Assembly (NCBI GenBank): GCA_965235115.1
Contig: OZ249436.1
Location: 52,764,001 to 52,828,000 of the forward strand
Source of the DNA: Laetmonice hystrix
Taxonomy: Eukaryota
Length of the DNA: 64,000 nucleotides
Direction of reading: 5' to 3'
Part shown: piece by piece, positions 63,362 through 64,000 of the stretch
Layout: the number at the start of each line of letters is the position of its first letter
How positions within the stretch are numbered: position 1 is the first letter of the stretch
Notes under the pieces: model-generated
The model's database searches: none
What the model saw: only the letters and a program-made list of their open reading frames with translations
Told to the model about the DNA's origin: nothing
Position numbers and translations under genes: made by a program

Positions 63362-64000
63362 CAAAATTACTTTACAGTTCATTAATGGTGGTAGTTTTGA
63401 GGAGTCACGAATCTGCAGTCCTTGGGGAAATCCCTTGGTTCAATAGAAGCAGGAACGTTCGATGTTGGCTTGAAAGTGGTTCGGTCTGCCGGTGGCGGTG
63501 AGCGATAATAGGATAGCAATGACGGACTACTGTAATTGTCCCTCCACGGCGTGTTCTGTCTACCCAATCACGACAGCTTATTGGATTGTATGGGACTATA
63601 AACGTACGATAGGATGAATAATGTTCAGTGGAGGACGAAACCACCCACTGATTGTCAGAGGCAAGCAGAGTCCATATTCAATACCTGAGTTATGGAATTT
63701 CTGCAGTGATTTTGTTTTCCGGAAACTAGGTTAAACCTACACCATATTAAAATGAACCCAGAAAAAAAACCTTTAAGACTCTATTACGGAAAATTGGAGA
63801 AGAATAATGAGGGAGCTAAAAATATAGGTATACAAACATTTTTATATATTCTTAACAGTGATGAAAGTATCAAAAGGGATTTTAAATGATTTCTACCGAC
63901 CTCTAAGAGCCCTTAATTGGATTTTGATTGGTCTAAATACCTCAACGATTCTGTCAAAGTGTTTAATGAAAGGGCTGCAAGGAGTGCGTTATCCCCATAC

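Overview
Eukaryotic, repeat-rich animal DNA with spliced genes; probably an invertebrate lophotrochozoan (inference from the V-SINE type and repeat content). Gene models were built by hand from GT-AG junctions. (i) Three paralogous genes for small secreted proteins with a shared C-x13-C-x9-C-x12-C domain that I cannot assign to a named family (10235-14606 +, 16818-17493 -, 33428-34338 +). (ii) A minus-strand locus in which two tandem SMIM10-like micro-ORFs (45653-45856, 45436-45618) lie directly upstream of a 544-aa FAM220/SIPAR-like ORF with C-terminal ankyrin repeats (37974-45180), suggesting a polycistronic mRNA. (iii) A head-to-head DCXR-like short-chain reductase (5 exons found, 3' exons not found). 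(iv) An antisense FkbM-family methyltransferase. (v) An internally deleted PIF/Harbinger transposon nested in other Harbinger-type ends. The rest is a tandem segmental duplication with a V-SINE in one copy, several MITEs, microsatellites and minisatellites; four of the minisatellites sit on splice junctions. Family assignments come from remembered motifs, not database searches.
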